IMG/VR virus record: IMGVR_UViG_2563366884_000001
Location: 1 to 40,816 of that record
Direction: 5' to 3' (one strand)
Origin: a virus
Taxonomy: Duplodnaviria > Heunggongvirae > Uroviricota > Caudoviricetes
Length of the DNA: 40,816 bases
This document shows positions 27,230 through 38,560 of this stretch, piece after piece. Made by a program: the position numbers and the translations under genes. The notes under the pieces were generated by a model. The model saw nothing but the letters and a program-made list of their open reading frames with translations, had not been told where the DNA came from and did no database searches. Each line of letters begins with the position of its first letter. Within the stretch, counting starts at the first letter, position 1.

Positions 27230-28648
27230 ATGCCTATTCAGCAACTTCCGCTTATGAAAGGTGTCGGCAAAGACTTTCGAAACGCCGACTATATCGACTA
27301 TCTGCCAGTGAATATGCTGGCAACCCCCAAAGAAATCCTTAACATCAGCGGATATCTTCGCTCATTCCCGGGCATTGCCAAACGCTCTGATGTAAACGGT
27401 GTATCGCGCGGAGTCGAGTACAACATGGCGCAGAATGCTGTTTATCGCGTGTGTGGTGGCAAGCTCTACAAAGGAGAAAGTGAAGTCGGTGATGTTTCCG
27501 GAAGTGGTCGTGTATCAATGGCGCATGGTCGGACATCACAGGCGGTAGGCGTTAATGGTCAACTGGTCGAGTATCGCTATGATGGCACGGTTAAAACCGT
27601 ATCAAACTGGCCTGCAGACAGCGGATTCACGCAGTATGAGTTAGGTTCGGTCCGTGACATTACGCGTTTACGTGGGCGTTATGCGTGGTCAAAAGACGGT
27701 ACTGATTCATGGTTTATCACTGACCTTGAAGACGAATCGCATCCTGACCGTTACAGCGCACAATATCGCGCAGAATCGCAGCCGGACGGCATCATCGGCA
27801 TAGGTACATGGCGAGACTTCATCGTCTGCTTTGGTTCATCGACGATTGAATATTTCTCCCTGACTGGTGCAACCACCGTTGGTGCCGCTTTGTATGTCGC
27901 ACAGCCATCACTGATGGTGCAGAAAGGGATTGCCGGAACCTACTGCAAAACGCCGTTTGCTGATTCGTATGCGTTCATCAGCAATCCGGCAACAGGTGCG
28001 CCGTCTGTATACATCATCGGCTCCGGTCAGGTGTCACCAATCGCCAGCGCGAGCATTGAGAAAATCCTCCGCTCCTACACTGCTGATGAACTGGCTGATG
28101 GCGTGATGGAATCGTTGCGGTTTGATGCTCATGAGTTGCTGATTATCCATCTTCCGCGCCACGTCCTCGTATACGACGCATCTTCAAGCGCCAATGGTCC
28201 GCAATGGTGTGTGTTGAAAACAGGCCTGTATGACGATGTGTACCGCGCTATCGACTTCATTTACGAAGGCAATCAGATAACGTGCGGCGATAAGCTGGAA
28301 TCGGTTATCGGCAAATTGCAGTTCGATATCAGCAGCCAGTACGACAAGCAACAGGAACACCTGTTGTTTACTCCGTTGTTCAAAGCGGATAACGCAAGAG
28401 TGTTCGACCTTGAGGTTGAATCTTCAACTGGCGTTGCGCAGTACGCTGACCGCCTGTTCCTCTCTGCAACCACTGACGGAATCAATTACGGACGTGAGCA
28501 GATGATTGAACAGAATGAACCGTTCGTTTACGACAAACGTGTTTTGTGGAAGCGAGTCGGGCGCATCAGGAAAAATGTCGGCTTCAAATTGCGCGTTATC
28601 ACGAAGTCACCTGTCACTCTGTCTGGCTGCCAGATAAGGATTGAGTAA
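27230..28648 (+). CDS. Packaged-DNA stabilisation / tail hub protein (P22 gp10 analogue), 472 aa
   Basis: Same length as P22 gp10 (as I recall it) and same position. Confidence 0.65.
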   Translation: MPIQQLPLMKGVGKDFRNADYIDYLPVNMLATPKEILNISGYLRSFPGIAKRSDVNGVSRGVEYNMAQNAVYRVCGGKLYKGESEVGDVSGSGRVSMAHGRTSQAVGVNGQLVEYRYDGTVKTVSNWPADSGFTQYELGSVRDITRLRGRYAWSKDGTDSWFITDLEDESHPDRYSAQYRAESQPDGIIGIGTWRDFIVCFGSSTIEYFSLTGATTVGAALYVAQPSLMVQKGIAGTYCKTPFADSYAFISNPATGAPSVYIIGSGQVSPIASASIEKILRSYTADELADGVMESLRFDAHELLIIHLPRHVLVYDASSSANGPQWCVLKTGLYDDVYRAIDFIYEGNQITCGDKLESVIGKLQFDISSQYDKQQEHLLFTPLFKADNARVFDLEVESSTGVAQYADRLFLSATTDGINYGREQMIEQNEPFVYDKRVLWKRVGRIRKNVGFKLRVITKSPVTLSGCQIRIE

Positions 28649-29496
28649 TGGTTGATTCATCACTGAATGATCCTGTTGTGGTTCAGGCTACGCGCCTTGA
28701 TGCTTCAATTTTGCCACGCAATATATTCAGCCAGTCTTACCTACTATATGTCATAAATCAGGGAGCTGATGTCGGTGCAATCGCCGGGAAGGCAAATCAG
28801 GCTGGTCAGGGCGCTTATGATGCACAGGTCAGGAACGATGAGCAGGATGTGATTCTCGCTGACCATGAGCAGCGAATTTCTGCTGCGGAAGCAACGCTTG
28901 TTAATCATGAGGAGCGAATCAGCCAGGCAGAATCAACTCTTCAGGAACATGAAACACGAATAGCTCAGAATGAAAGCGATATTGCCTCGCTTGATACCAG
29001 AGTTCAGTCGCTGGAATCGCAGGTTTCAGACCATGAAACGCGCATCGATGCTCTGGAGTATGCCACTACTCGCAAAAAGTCAGAGGTTGTTTACTCTGGT
29101 GTATCTGTAACCATCCCGACAGCGCCGACCAACCTTGTTAGCCTGCTGAAAACGCTCACGCCATCATCCGGCACGTTGGCACCATTCTTCGACACCGTTA
29201 ACAACAAGATGGTTGTGTTCAACGAGAACAAAACCTTGTTCTTCAAGCTGTCGATCGTCGGGACGTGGCCCAGCGGAACCGCCAACAGGTCAATGCAGCT
29301 AACCTTTTCCGGCTCTGTTCCTGACACACTGGTAAGCAGTCGCAACTCGGCGACAACAACCGATAACATCTTGTTAGCTACGTTCTTCAGCGTGGATAAA
29401 GACGGCTTTCTTGCCACAAATGGCAGCACGTTAACCATTCAGTCTAATGGTGCGGCGTTTACTGCCACAACCATCAAAATCATTGCGGAGCAGTGA
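28648..29496 (+). CDS. Tail needle (P22 gp26 / Sf6-type with C-terminal knob), 282 aa
   Basis: Heptad-like repeats ([43 protein letters not shown]…) typical of the trimeric needle coiled coil; C-terminal domain rich in Ser/Thr/Gly/Asn. Confidence 0.7.
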   Translation: MVDSSLNDPVVVQATRLDASILPRNIFSQSYLLYVINQGADVGAIAGKANQAGQGAYDAQVRNDEQDVILADHEQRISAAEATLVNHEERISQAESTLQEHETRIAQNESDIASLDTRVQSLESQVSDHETRIDALEYATTRKKSEVVYSGVSVTIPTAPTNLVSLLKTLTPSSGTLAPFFDTVNNKMVVFNENKTLFFKLSIVGTWPSGTANRSMQLTFSGSVPDTLVSSRNSATTTDNILLATFFSVDKDGFLATNGSTLTIQSNGAAFTATTIKIIAEQ

Positions 29497-29975
29497 TGGA
29501 AATAAAGCTCATCGATAATCCGGTGAAGCTTGCAGAATTCCTCAACAACCCGGCAAACACGGGAAATATCGTAGACAGTGGAGACAAATACTACATCAAG
29601 CCTGATGCGGTATACCTCGGCATCTACGAAGGACTGATGCTGGTCGGAGTGCATGAAGTGCGTAACTTCTGGCATAGCGTTGTTGAATGCCATGCGGTGT
29701 ACGACCCCGGATTCCGTGGCGAATATGCACTGCAAGGGCATCGATTATTCTGCAAATGGCTTCTCGAAAACTCACCATTCCTTAACAGCATCACTATGGT
29801 TCCTGACACCACGAAATACGGACGGGCAATTATCCGTTTGCTTGGCGCTACCCGTGTTGGTCACCTTGATGATGCTTATACCAGCAATGGAAAGCCTGTA
29901 GGCATCACGATTTATCAGTTACCGCGCTCAAAATACGAGGAGCTAACGAATGTTAATTTTCCAGATTGCCAATAA
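29493..29975 (+). CDS. Possible P22 gp14-like head-assembly/ejection-associated protein (160 aa)
   Basis: Position between the needle and ejection-protein genes. Confidence 0.4.
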   Translation: MMEIKLIDNPVKLAEFLNNPANTGNIVDSGDKYYIKPDAVYLGIYEGLMLVGVHEVRNFWHSVVECHAVYDPGFRGEYALQGHRLFCKWLLENSPFLNSITMVPDTTKYGRAIIRLLGATRVGHLDDAYTSNGKPVGITIYQLPRSKYEELTNVNFPDCQ

Positions 29976-30603
29976 GCACCTCAGCAAAGCTGTTTACTGC
30001 AAAGGTGGCAGTGATAGCGGAGCAAAAGAGCAGGCCCGCGCAACTGAAAAGGGCATCGAACTGCAGCGTGAAATGTGGCAGACGAACATGCAAAACCTTG
30101 CACCGTTCACGCCACTCGCTCAGCAGTACGTATCACAGTTGCAGAATCTTTCCTCTCTTCAGGGGCAAGGTCAGGCGCTTAACCAGTATTACAACTCTCA
30201 GCAGTATAAAGACCTTGCAGGGCAGGCGCGCTATCAGAGTCTGGCAGCAGCAGAGGCAACTGGTGGATTAGGCTCTACAGCAACAGGAAACCAGTTAGCA
30301 GCAATCGCACCTACACTCGGTCAAAACTGGCTGTCAGGTCAGATGAACAACTACAACAATCTGGCAAATATCGGCCTTGGCGCTCTTACAGGTCAGGCAA
30401 ACGCCGGGCAGAACTATGCCAACAACGTCAGCCAATTGTATCAACAGCAGGCGGCAGCATCTGCGGCTAATGCGAATAAACCATCAGGATTTCAGAGCGC
30501 CTTGGGTGGAGCGGCAGCAGGTGCAGCTGCAGGTACTGCAATCATGCCTGGTTGGGGTACAGCAATTGGTGCTGGCGTCGGTCTTCTTGGTTCACTTTTT
30601 TAA
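29950..30603 (+). CDS. Ejection (DNA-transfer) protein, P22 gp7 analogue
   Basis: Gln/Ala/Gly-rich low-complexity protein with hydrophobic C-terminus; GAGGAG SD; position. Confidence 0.55.
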   Translation: MLIFQIANKHLSKAVYCKGGSDSGAKEQARATEKGIELQREMWQTNMQNLAPFTPLAQQYVSQLQNLSSLQGQGQALNQYYNSQQYKDLAGQARYQSLAAAEATGGLGSTATGNQLAAIAPTLGQNWLSGQMNNYNNLANIGLGALTGQANAGQNYANNVSQLYQQQAAASAANANKPSGFQSALGGAAAGAAAGTAIMPGWGTAIGAGVGLLGSLF

Positions 30604-30615
30604 TGGAGGTGTCTC

Positions 30616-31992
30616 TTGGCTACATGGCAACAGGCTGGTAATTCAGGCGCGCTTCTTGCCGGGTTAGGCGGCATGAACTCCAACGCTCCAAGAGCAAGTG
30701 ATGCAGACGCCACGCTTGCATACATTCGACAGAATAACGAGATGGAGCGTTCAGGACGTAATAACGTTGGCTTGCAGGCTTTACAGGGCATTTCATCTGT
30801 CATGGATATGTATAAGCAGATGGATCAGCAGAAGCGACAGCAAGAGTTTCAGCAGGCTTATGCTGATGCATATACATCTGGTGACCGCGATGCAATGCGA
30901 AAGCTGGCATCACAGTATCCTGAGCAGCTTGACGCTGTAAGAAACGGCATGAAATTTGTCGATGAAGACCAGCGTTCCACTGTCGGTACACTGGCAGCAA
31001 GTGCCAGACTCGCAGCTTCATCTCCAGAAGCCATGATGTCATGGTTGCAGAACAACTCATCTGAGCTTACTCGTGCCGGAGTAGACCCTCTGGATGTGGC
31101 GAAAATGTATCAGCAAAATCCACAAGGTTTCACAGAGTTTGTTGATCACCTTGGAATGGCTGCACTTGGTCCGATTGATTACTTCAATGTTCAGGACAAG
31201 ATAGCTGGTCGTGAGATTGACCGAGGCAGACTGGCAGAGACAATCCGCAGCAATCAGGCTGGCGAGGCGCTAACAGCGCGTGGTCAGAATATCACGATGC
31301 GCGGTCAGGATTTATCGATGCAGAGAGCATCAATGAAAGGGGCGGTTGGGAATAATGAGCGTACAGTTCAGTTAGCAGATGGCAGAACTGTAACGGTAGG
31401 CGGGAAGCTTCACGGCGCTGGGGCTAATGCGTTCTACGAAGGTATCGACAACGAGGGGAATATGGTTCGCGTTCCTGCTGGTTCTATTGCCGCTCCGGCT
31501 ACATCGGCAGCAAGCGCGCAGAATTACGCAATGAAGAAAGATCTTGATGCAATTTCTGGTGCATCAATTGACGATCTTGGCTTCATGACTGGCATTACAG
31601 GCTCTTCAGGTTCTCCTGCTCTTGGTGCAGATATTCGTAGCCGTGCATCTGGTGGTGATCAGAGGAAACTATACAACGCTGCACAGCGAATCCAAGGAAA
31701 GATGCAGAATCAGGGCATTGCAGCAGCCAGAGACATGGGGGCATCCGGTATCAACACCGTTGCAGAAGCAAAGATGTATTTTCAAGGTATGCCACAGGTT
31801 GATTTCTCAAGCCCTGAAGCACTGCAACAATCAATGCGCGACATTCAGCAATATACCGACAATTACAACCAGCAATATAACGTTAATGTCGGTAATGGCG
31901 GGAAGAAATCATCAAGGCAACAGCCAGCTACTCAGCAATCAGCAGGAGGTAGCTACACGTCAAAATCAGGCATTCAATTTACGGTGGAATGA
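30616..31992 (+). CDS. Ejection (DNA-transfer) protein, P22 gp20 analogue (TTG start)
   Basis: GGAGGT SD 5 nt upstream of TTG; size and position equivalent to P22 gene 20. Confidence 0.55.
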   Translation: MATWQQAGNSGALLAGLGGMNSNAPRASDADATLAYIRQNNEMERSGRNNVGLQALQGISSVMDMYKQMDQQKRQQEFQQAYADAYTSGDRDAMRKLASQYPEQLDAVRNGMKFVDEDQRSTVGTLAASARLAASSPEAMMSWLQNNSSELTRAGVDPLDVAKMYQQNPQGFTEFVDHLGMAALGPIDYFNVQDKIAGREIDRGRLAETIRSNQAGEALTARGQNITMRGQDLSMQRASMKGAVGNNERTVQLADGRTVTVGGKLHGAGANAFYEGIDNEGNMVRVPAGSIAAPATSAASAQNYAMKKDLDAISGASIDDLGFMTGITGSSGSPALGADIRSRASGGDQRKLYNAAQRIQGKMQNQGIAAARDMGASGINTVAEAKMYFQGMPQVDFSSPEALQQSMRDIQQYTDNYNQQYNVNVGNGGKKSSRQQPATQQSAGGSYTSKSGIQFTVE

Positions 31993-33830
31993 TGAAAGTA
32001 ACTGCAAACGGTAAGACATTTACCTTCCCTGATGGTACGAGCACGGAAGATATTGGCACCGCCATTGATGAGTATTTTGCTGGTCAGGCTGTTCAGCAAC
32101 AAACAGTTAATCAGGCCAATAATGCACCAACACGGGAAGAACCATCATTGATGCAACAAGCTGGCGATTGGCTCACTGGTGGTCAAAGTGCAGGGCAAAT
32201 TGCAGAACAGGCTGGTCGTGGTCTGGTAAACATACCATTTGACGTATTACAGGGCGGCGCAAGTCTGATTAATGCAATCAGTCAGGGGCTTGGTGGCCCC
32301 AAGGTTTTGGATGATGTTTATCGTCCAGTAGACAGACCGACAGACCCCTACGCTCAAGCTGGAGAAACAATTGGCGGGTATTTAGTTCCAGGAGTTGGAA
32401 CGGCAGGAAGCATGGCTATTGGATCACTGGCAGAGGCCGCAAATCAGAAAGGTGATTTCGCACAAAATGCAGCTAAAAATGCCGGAGTTAACCTTGCCGC
32501 TCAGGGTGTTCTTTCCGCAGCAGCAAAGGGAATAGGGCGTGGAATAACGGCTATAAAAGGTGATATTGCGCCAGAAGTGGCAAAGAAAATTGCCACATCA
32601 GAATCGATGGGCGTGACACCAATGACATCTGATGTTATCCCGCCGAAAAATGCTTTCACTCGCGGACTTACTCAAGATGCTGAGGGGGCTTTGCTCGGGA
32701 CAGGCTCAAAGCGAGCGGAGCAATATGCAACGCGTAGTAAGCTGGTAAGCAATTATTTTGACCGTTTTGGTGAGTACAACCCTGATGATGTGGTGAGATC
32801 TCTGACCACCACGTTAAGGGGACGGAAGGATGCCGCTGGCGCTGTTATCAATGACGTCACCAATAAAATGGGTAATGCCGCAGTTGATACCACAAATACC
32901 ATGAATGCTCTGAATACAGCGATCGCAAGACAGGAACGGCTTGGGACTTCTGCCAATCAAAACCTGCTTACATCCTTGCGTAACCTACGTGAAGAATTAG
33001 CAAACCCTGCAACTGATTTGGATGTTACGTTTGATCTCTTGCGCCAGCACAGAACAGCATTTAGATCTAATGTTCAGGGAGATGCCATGGTCTTCCCCAA
33101 CCAGGCAAAAGCAGCTACCAATATGGTAGAGAATGCAATGTCAAAAGACCTTCGTAACGCAGTTGCCAAAAACCTCGGTGCTTCAGACGCAGCAAAATAC
33201 CTTAAAGCAAATTCCGATTATGCAAACGTTTATAATAAGGTGCTTAATAAAAACATTGCTAACAAGCTCAACAAGGCAAGCAGTGAAGCCAGTCCTGAAC
33301 TTATAAATACCGTTGTATTAAGCAGAAAACCATCTGACGTGAAACGAATCTGGAGCGCACTTGATGATAAAGGGAAAGATGCTATGCGTGCAGCTTACGT
33401 CAGCAAAATAGCGGAAAAGGCCGGTGACTCTCCAGCCAAGTTCATCACTGAAGTTAATAAGCTGAAATCTCAGTCAGGCGGTGAAATTTACAACACTATT
33501 TTTTCTGGAAAGCACATGAAAGAACTTGATGCTCTTCATGAAGTTCTACAGCAAGCAGCAAGATCAGACACCGCAAATGTAGTAACTCAGACGGGGCAAT
33601 CGCAAGCCAACAGGATAAGGACGATTGGCGCAACTACGACTCTTGGCGTATCAATGGGGCTTGAGGCTGGTTTCGGTGCAATGATGCGCTTGTATGAATC
33701 CAAAGCAGCAAGGAATGCGCTCTTACGTCTGGCAAACACTAAAGCTGGAACGCCAGCTTATGAAAGAGCGCTAAATCAGGCGGCTACTGCCGTGCGCCCG
33801 CTCTTAGTTAACGAAGCTACCCGGCAGTAG
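31989..33830 (+). CDS. Ejection (DNA-transfer) protein, P22 gp16 analogue (613 aa)
   Basis: Size and position equivalent to P22 gene 16; last gene of the co-directional virion block before the accessory island. Confidence 0.6.
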   Translation: MMKVTANGKTFTFPDGTSTEDIGTAIDEYFAGQAVQQQTVNQANNAPTREEPSLMQQAGDWLTGGQSAGQIAEQAGRGLVNIPFDVLQGGASLINAISQGLGGPKVLDDVYRPVDRPTDPYAQAGETIGGYLVPGVGTAGSMAIGSLAEAANQKGDFAQNAAKNAGVNLAAQGVLSAAAKGIGRGITAIKGDIAPEVAKKIATSESMGVTPMTSDVIPPKNAFTRGLTQDAEGALLGTGSKRAEQYATRSKLVSNYFDRFGEYNPDDVVRSLTTTLRGRKDAAGAVINDVTNKMGNAAVDTTNTMNALNTAIARQERLGTSANQNLLTSLRNLREELANPATDLDVTFDLLRQHRTAFRSNVQGDAMVFPNQAKAATNMVENAMSKDLRNAVAKNLGASDAAKYLKANSDYANVYNKVLNKNIANKLNKASSEASPELINTVVLSRKPSDVKRIWSALDDKGKDAMRAAYVSKIAEKAGDSPAKFITEVNKLKSQSGGEIYNTIFSGKHMKELDALHEVLQQAARSDTANVVTQTGQSQANRIRTIGATTTLGVSMGLEAGFGAMMRLYESKAARNALLRLANTKAGTPAYERALNQAATAVRPLLVNEATRQ

Positions 33831-33852
33831 CACTGTAAGCCAAGGACGGCAT

Positions 33853-34335
33853 TTATTTTATAGTTTTTATGAATTCTTTATTAAATCCCTTCGCTTCTCC
33901 GGGGTATCTTCCGAAGACAATTTTTATAAAAACAGAAAAAATAAAGATAGCAACGCTTAACAACAATTGCAGTATCATTGGAACCCAAAGAACTACAGGC
34001 TCTATATTCATGAAACCAAATATTCTTCCGGCGATCATGGCGAAGTACCACACTGTTATCAGCAAACTTAGTGGCATATGAATTACTGATATTACCAATC
34101 CAAGAGCATCAGTAATTCTGTTTTCAAATTTTTCAGGGGAAAACTTTTCTTTAAGGTAATTCAGTGCGCAGGCCTCATTCTCTGGATTTTCAGCATTTTT
34201 CCCTATAGCAATAGAAATCTCAGATATCCTTGATTCAATTCTTTTACGTTTAATAAAACTAGAAAAAAAGAACCACGCAATCTGCAACCCTATCCCCAGA
34301 AATAGAGTTGCGGCAACTAGCACAGCGTAACTCAT
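33853..34335 (-). CDS. Multi-pass membrane protein (160 aa), low-GC moron at the sieA-equivalent locus
   Basis: TAAGGAGGT SD before Met at 34335; three or four hydrophobic helices; markedly AT-rich codon usage compared with flanking phage genes. Confidence 0.6.
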   Translation of the reverse strand: MSYAVLVAATLFLGIGLQIAWFFFSSFIKRKRIESRISEISIAIGKNAENPENEACALNYLKEKFSPEKFENRITDALGLVISVIHMPLSLLITVWYFAMIAGRIFGFMNIEPVVLWVPMILQLLLSVAIFIFSVFIKIVFGRYPGEAKGFNKEFIKTIK

Positions 34336-34377
34336 AGAATCAGACACACCAACCTCCTTAGTTTTGCGCAGGATACC

Positions 34378-34743
34378 ATGAAAAAAGTTAACATTGGAAA
34401 CGTACCAAAGATGCTCGTTCCGCTCTTTGAGAGCGGTACAATTGTGTTTTGTAGAGACTTTCCAGAATGGCAACGCCTGCATCAAAAACTTGGCGTTGAC
34501 GTGCATGACTCGGACGCCAACGGAGCGTCTCATACAATGAGTAGCGAGAATGGTGTTTTGCATGTGATAGGCGTGTTCAATGGCAAACTATCTACTATTG
34601 CCCATGAGTGCGCTCACATGGCATTCGATATCTGCTCAAGGGTAGGTGTTGATGTTGAACCAGGAAGAGCCAACGAGACTTACTGCTACTTAATGAGCAG
34701 GCTTGTTGAGTTCTGCGAGCGACATATCAAAAAGCCGGAGTGA
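34378..34743 (+). CDS. Small HExxH-motif protein (121 aa), putative minimal zinc metallopeptidase
   Basis: [11 protein letters not shown] contains an HExxH motif; divergent from the membrane-protein gene (42 bp apart); stop codon sits inside a hairpin. Confidence 0.5.
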   Translation: MKKVNIGNVPKMLVPLFESGTIVFCRDFPEWQRLHQKLGVDVHDSDANGASHTMSSENGVLHVIGVFNGKLSTIAHECAHMAFDICSRVGVDVEPGRANETYCYLMSRLVEFCERHIKKPE

Positions 34744-34749
34744 CCCGGC
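34733..34749. terminator. Putative bidirectional terminator hairpin between convergent genes
   Basis: GCCGG-AGTGAC-CCGGC flanked by AAAAA upstream and T-rich sequence downstream; contains the stop codon of the HExxH gene. Confidence 0.4.
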
Positions 34750-34756
34750 TTGATTA

Positions 34757-34936
34757 TTACTTTTTGCTGTCTGGAGTTCGCTTATCCAATACCCAGCCAT
34801 GACCTGGCTTTGTTGTTGGTGGAAGCCTTTCGTTGTCCTTGACGGTTGCAAAATTGTCTTTCTTACCGCCGCGTGGGCCAACTTCTTGGTATATTCCGCC
34901 GTTTTTTCCTGTGTTTTCACCTGGTTTTTTCGCCAT
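34757..34936 (-). CDS. YjzC-like small protein (59 aa)
   Basis: KPGENTGKNGGIYQEVGPRGG…LPPTTKPGHGW fits the YjzC-like pattern (KPGE…G.Y.E.G…P.T…W); GAGGT SD; own sigma70-like promoter (TTGACT…AATATT) at ~34950..35010. Confidence 0.5.
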   Translation of the reverse strand: MAKKPGENTGKNGGIYQEVGPRGGKKDNFATVKDNERLPPTTKPGHGWVLDKRTPDSKK

Positions 34937-35026
34937 GATATACCTCAACATACACCCGTTATTGGGCGATTAAATATTGATCTCATTTTATAAGTAGTCA
35001 ATATGGCCCAGGTAAATGCAAAAATT

Positions 35027-35050
35027 AACCCACCTTCAGGTGGGTTTTTT
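35027..35050 (+). terminator. Terminator hairpin overlapping the 3' end of mnt
   Basis: AACCCACC-TTCA-GGTGGGTT perfect stem followed by TTTTTT on the plus strand; the mnt stop codon lies in the loop. Confidence 0.55.
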
Positions 35051-35287
35051 GTACAAATCCTTCAGCGTATCAAACACCATCTTCTTAACAAGCTCTGACT
35101 GCTCATCAGCGATGCGTTCCGCATCGTCTCGATAGCCTGAAATTTTGGATGGCTTTGATACAGCATCAGTCACTATCTGAACTAATTCTGAATTAAGAGA
35201 GCGGCCATTGGATTTGGCTCGCTGTTTTAGTTTTTCCTTTAATTCGTAAGGTAGCCGCAGATTAAATTGCGGGTCATCTCTTCCCAT
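35036..35287 (-). CDS. mnt: Mnt repressor, P22-type ribbon-helix-helix protein (83 aa)
   Basis: MGRDDPQFNLRLPYELKEKLKQRAKSNGRSLNSELVQIVTDAVSKPS…GYRDDAERIADEQSELVKKMVFDTLKDLYKK matches P22 Mnt as I recall it. Confidence 0.85.
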   Translation of the reverse strand: MGRDDPQFNLRLPYELKEKLKQRAKSNGRSLNSELVQIVTDAVSKPSKISGYRDDAERIADEQSELVKKMVFDTLKDLYKKPT

Positions 35288-35350
35288 TCTTGATGCCTCG
35301 CTTTTGTGAGTGGATCGGCATCTTATTATCTGCTGGTTGCATCCTCAATA

Positions 35351-35365
35351 AGACCACAGTGGTCT
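35351..35365. promoter_or_regulatory. Mnt operator-like perfect palindrome AGACCACAGTGGTCT
   Basis: 15-bp perfect inverted repeat in the mnt–tailspike intergenic region, similar to the P22 Omnt core (GTCCAC.GTGGAC). Confidence 0.55.
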
Positions 35366-35433
35366 CTTTGTTTGATTAATAATGCATCACTGTGGCAATG
35401 CTGCGGCGATTCCTTGTATCTGGAGCAAATTAA

Positions 35434-38379
35434 ATGACAGACATTACAGCCAATGTTGTAGTGAGTATGCCTTCGCAACTCTTCACTATGGCGCGTTCTT
35501 TTAAAGCCGTAGCCAATGGCAAAATTTATATCGGTAAAATTGACACTGACCCGGTAAATCCTGAAAACCAGATTCAGGTTTATGTAGAGAACGAAGACGG
35601 TTCTCACATTCCTGTTTCGCAACCAATAATCATTAACGCTGCTGGATATCCGGTATATAACGGACAGATTGCCAAATTCGTTACCGTGCAAGGCCATTCT
35701 ATGGCTGTTTATGATGCGTATGGTGCGCAGCAGTTCTATTTTCCTAATGTGCTGAAGTATGATCCTGATCAGTTACGGCAGCAATTAGAAGACCCAGATG
35801 GAGCGAATAAATACCCAAAACTTCAGATAGCAAGATGGAGAGACAGTTATGATGTAAGAGGTTGGGGGGCTATTGGTGATGGTGTTCATGATGACACATC
35901 AGCTCTATCAGAATTACTTTCTGTTGCAACAGGTGGTGAAAAGATAGATGGGCGAGGGCTTACTTTTAAAGTATCAACTCTTCCAGATGTCAGTCGATTT
36001 AAAAATGCTCGTTTTTTATTTGAGAGAATACCGGGTCAGCCTCTTTTTTATGCTTCTGAAGATTTTATCCAGGGAGAGTTATTTAAAATTACAGATACAC
36101 CGTGGTACAACGCCTGGACGCAGGATAAAACGTTTGTATATGACAATGTCATCTATGCGCCTTTTATGGCTGGAGACCGCCATGGTGTAAATAACCTCCA
36201 TGTTGCATGGGTTCGCTCAGGAGATGACGGGAAGACCTGGACAACGCCGGAATGGCTTACAGATTTACATGAAAACTATCCCACAGTTAACTATCACTGC
36301 ATGAGTATGGGGGTTGTCAGAAATCGCCTTTTTGCTGTAATTGAGACGCGGACCGTGAGCGGAAATAAACTGCAGGTTGCAGAGTTGTGGGATCGCCCAA
36401 TGAGTCGCAGCCTTCGCGTTTATGGTGGTATAACGAAAGCAGCAAATCAGCAAGTCGCTTATATTCGCATTACTGATCACGGATTATTTGCTGGTGATTT
36501 TGTCAACTTCTCAAACTCTGGTGTTACAGGTGTTACCGGGAATATGACGGTGACTACTGTTATTGATAAAAATACTTTTACAGTTACGACGCAAAATACC
36601 CAGGATGTGGATCAGAATAACGAGGGTAGATACTGGAGTTTTGGTACATCATTTCACTCGTCACCATGGAGAAAAACCAGTCTTGGAACTATTCCTTCTT
36701 TTGTTGACGGAAGCACTCCTGTTACTGAGATTCACAGTTTTGCGACGATTAGCGATAACAGTTTTGCTGTTGGCTACCATAATGGTGATATTGATCCACG
36801 CGAGCTTGGGATACTCTATTTCTCTGATGCTTTCGGTTCTCCTGGTAGCTTTGTTCGCAGACGCATACCTGCAGAATATGAGGCGAATGCATCTGAGCCA
36901 TGTGTAAAATATTATGATGGCATTCTGTATCTGACGACCAGGGGGACATTAAGTACTCAACCCGGTAGTTCATTGCACAGAAGCTCTGATTTAGGTACAT
37001 CATGGAATTCTCTTCGCTTCCCAAATAATGTTCATCACTCAAACCTTCCTTTTGCCAAAGTTGGCGATGAGCTGATTATTTTTGGCAGTGAGCGCGCATT
37101 TGGTGAGTGGGAAGGAGGAGAACCTGATAACCGTTATGCAGGAAATTATCCAAGAACATTTATGACCAGAGTTAACGTCAATGAGTGGAGTCTGGATAAT
37201 GTAGAGTGGGTTAATGTTACTGATCAGATTTATCAGGGCGGAATAGTTAACTCTGCGGTTGGTGTTGGTTCAGTTTGTATCAAAGACAACTGGCTGTACT
37301 ACATTTTCGGTGGGGAAGACTTTCTAAACCCATGGAGCATAGGGGATAACAACAGAAAATATCCTTATGTTCACGATGGTCACCCGGCTGATTTGTATTG
37401 TTTCAGGGTGAAAATTAAACAGGAAGAATTTGTTTCAAGGGATTTTGTCTACGGAGCCACTCCTAACAGAACGCTTCCTACTTTTATGTCGACGTCAGGC
37501 GTGAGGACGGTTCCTGTACCCGTTGATTTCACAGATGATGTTGCCGTCCAGTCACTGACTGTCCATGCAGGTACATCAGGACAAGTTCGCGCGGAAGTCA
37601 AACTTGAGGGTAATTACGCCATTATTGCGAAGAAAGTACCGTCTGATGATGTTACCGCTCAGAGATTAATCGTTAGCGGAGGTGAAACAACGTCTTCAGC
37701 AGATGGTGCAATGATAACGTTGCATGGTTCCGGAAGCAGTACTCCACGTCGCGCGGTATATAACGCACTCGAACATCTTTTTGAGAACGGAGATGTTAAA
37801 CCTTATCTTGATAATGTAAATGCTCTTGGTGGTCCGGGAAACAGGTTCTCGACAGTTTATCTTGGCTCCAATCCTGTGATTACCAGTGACGGAACATTAA
37901 AGACAGAGCCGGTCTCTCCTGACGAAGCATTGCTGGATGCCTGGGGTGACGTCAGGTATATCGCTTATAAATGGCTGAACGCTGTCGCTATAAAGGGGGA
38001 AGAAGGGGCGAGGATACATCATGGTGTAATCGCGCAGCAACTTCGTGATGTTCTTATTTCTCACGGACTCATGGAAGAAGAAAGCACAACATGCCGCTAT
38101 GCCTTTCTTTGCTATGACGATTATCCCGCAGTATATGATGACGTCATTACTGGCCAAAGGGAAATGCCGCTGACTGATAATGACGGGAGCATCATTGTTG
38201 ATGAGGATGATAATCCAGTGATGGTAATGGAAGACATCATTGAGCGCGTTGAAATAACGCCAGCAGGATCTAGATGGGGGGTCAGACCTGATCTCTTATT
38301 CTATATCGAGGCGGCATGGCAGCGCAGAGAAATAGAAAGAATAAAAGCTAGGTTAGACTTAATAGAAGGGAAGCACTAA
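35434..38379 (+). CDS. Tailspike: P22-type N-terminal head-binding domain fused to Asp-box sialidase-like beta-propeller and C-terminal intramolecular-chaperone-like domain (981 aa); putative K1 endosialidase
   Basis: N-terminus [47 protein letters not shown]… matches the P22 tailspike head-binding domain; Asp boxes SGDDGKTW and SSDLGTSW; long C-terminal extension. Confidence 0.75.
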   Translation: MTDITANVVVSMPSQLFTMARSFKAVANGKIYIGKIDTDPVNPENQIQVYVENEDGSHIPVSQPIIINAAGYPVYNGQIAKFVTVQGHSMAVYDAYGAQQFYFPNVLKYDPDQLRQQLEDPDGANKYPKLQIARWRDSYDVRGWGAIGDGVHDDTSALSELLSVATGGEKIDGRGLTFKVSTLPDVSRFKNARFLFERIPGQPLFYASEDFIQGELFKITDTPWYNAWTQDKTFVYDNVIYAPFMAGDRHGVNNLHVAWVRSGDDGKTWTTPEWLTDLHENYPTVNYHCMSMGVVRNRLFAVIETRTVSGNKLQVAELWDRPMSRSLRVYGGITKAANQQVAYIRITDHGLFAGDFVNFSNSGVTGVTGNMTVTTVIDKNTFTVTTQNTQDVDQNNEGRYWSFGTSFHSSPWRKTSLGTIPSFVDGSTPVTEIHSFATISDNSFAVGYHNGDIDPRELGILYFSDAFGSPGSFVRRRIPAEYEANASEPCVKYYDGILYLTTRGTLSTQPGSSLHRSSDLGTSWNSLRFPNNVHHSNLPFAKVGDELIIFGSERAFGEWEGGEPDNRYAGNYPRTFMTRVNVNEWSLDNVEWVNVTDQIYQGGIVNSAVGVGSVCIKDNWLYYIFGGEDFLNPWSIGDNNRKYPYVHDGHPADLYCFRVKIKQEEFVSRDFVYGATPNRTLPTFMSTSGVRTVPVPVDFTDDVAVQSLTVHAGTSGQVRAEVKLEGNYAIIAKKVPSDDVTAQRLIVSGGETTSSADGAMITLHGSGSSTPRRAVYNALEHLFENGDVKPYLDNVNALGGPGNRFSTVYLGSNPVITSDGTLKTEPVSPDEALLDAWGDVRYIAYKWLNAVAIKGEEGARIHHGVIAQQLRDVLISHGLMEEESTTCRYAFLCYDDYPAVYDDVITGQREMPLTDNDGSIIVDEDDNPVMVMEDIIERVEITPAGSRWGVRPDLLFYIEAAWQRREIERIKARLDLIEGKH

Positions 38380-38520
38380 ATGTTTCGTTGGCGTCAAAAA
38401 TATGAACTGCTCACATAAAGAAGTAAGTACATTGGCAAAAAATATTGACGTCAACGAAATTAAATATAAAACATCATGCAGACATATTACCAATATTAAT
38501 ATAAGGTAATAAAAATATAA

Positions 38521-38560
38521 TTTACAAAAAAGCCCGTTGGAAGCGACGGGCATTAACCGC
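38521..38560 (-). terminator. Putative terminator hairpin in the AT-rich right-end region
   Basis: Minus strand GCCCGT-N8-ACGGGC followed by TTTTTT. Confidence 0.35.
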
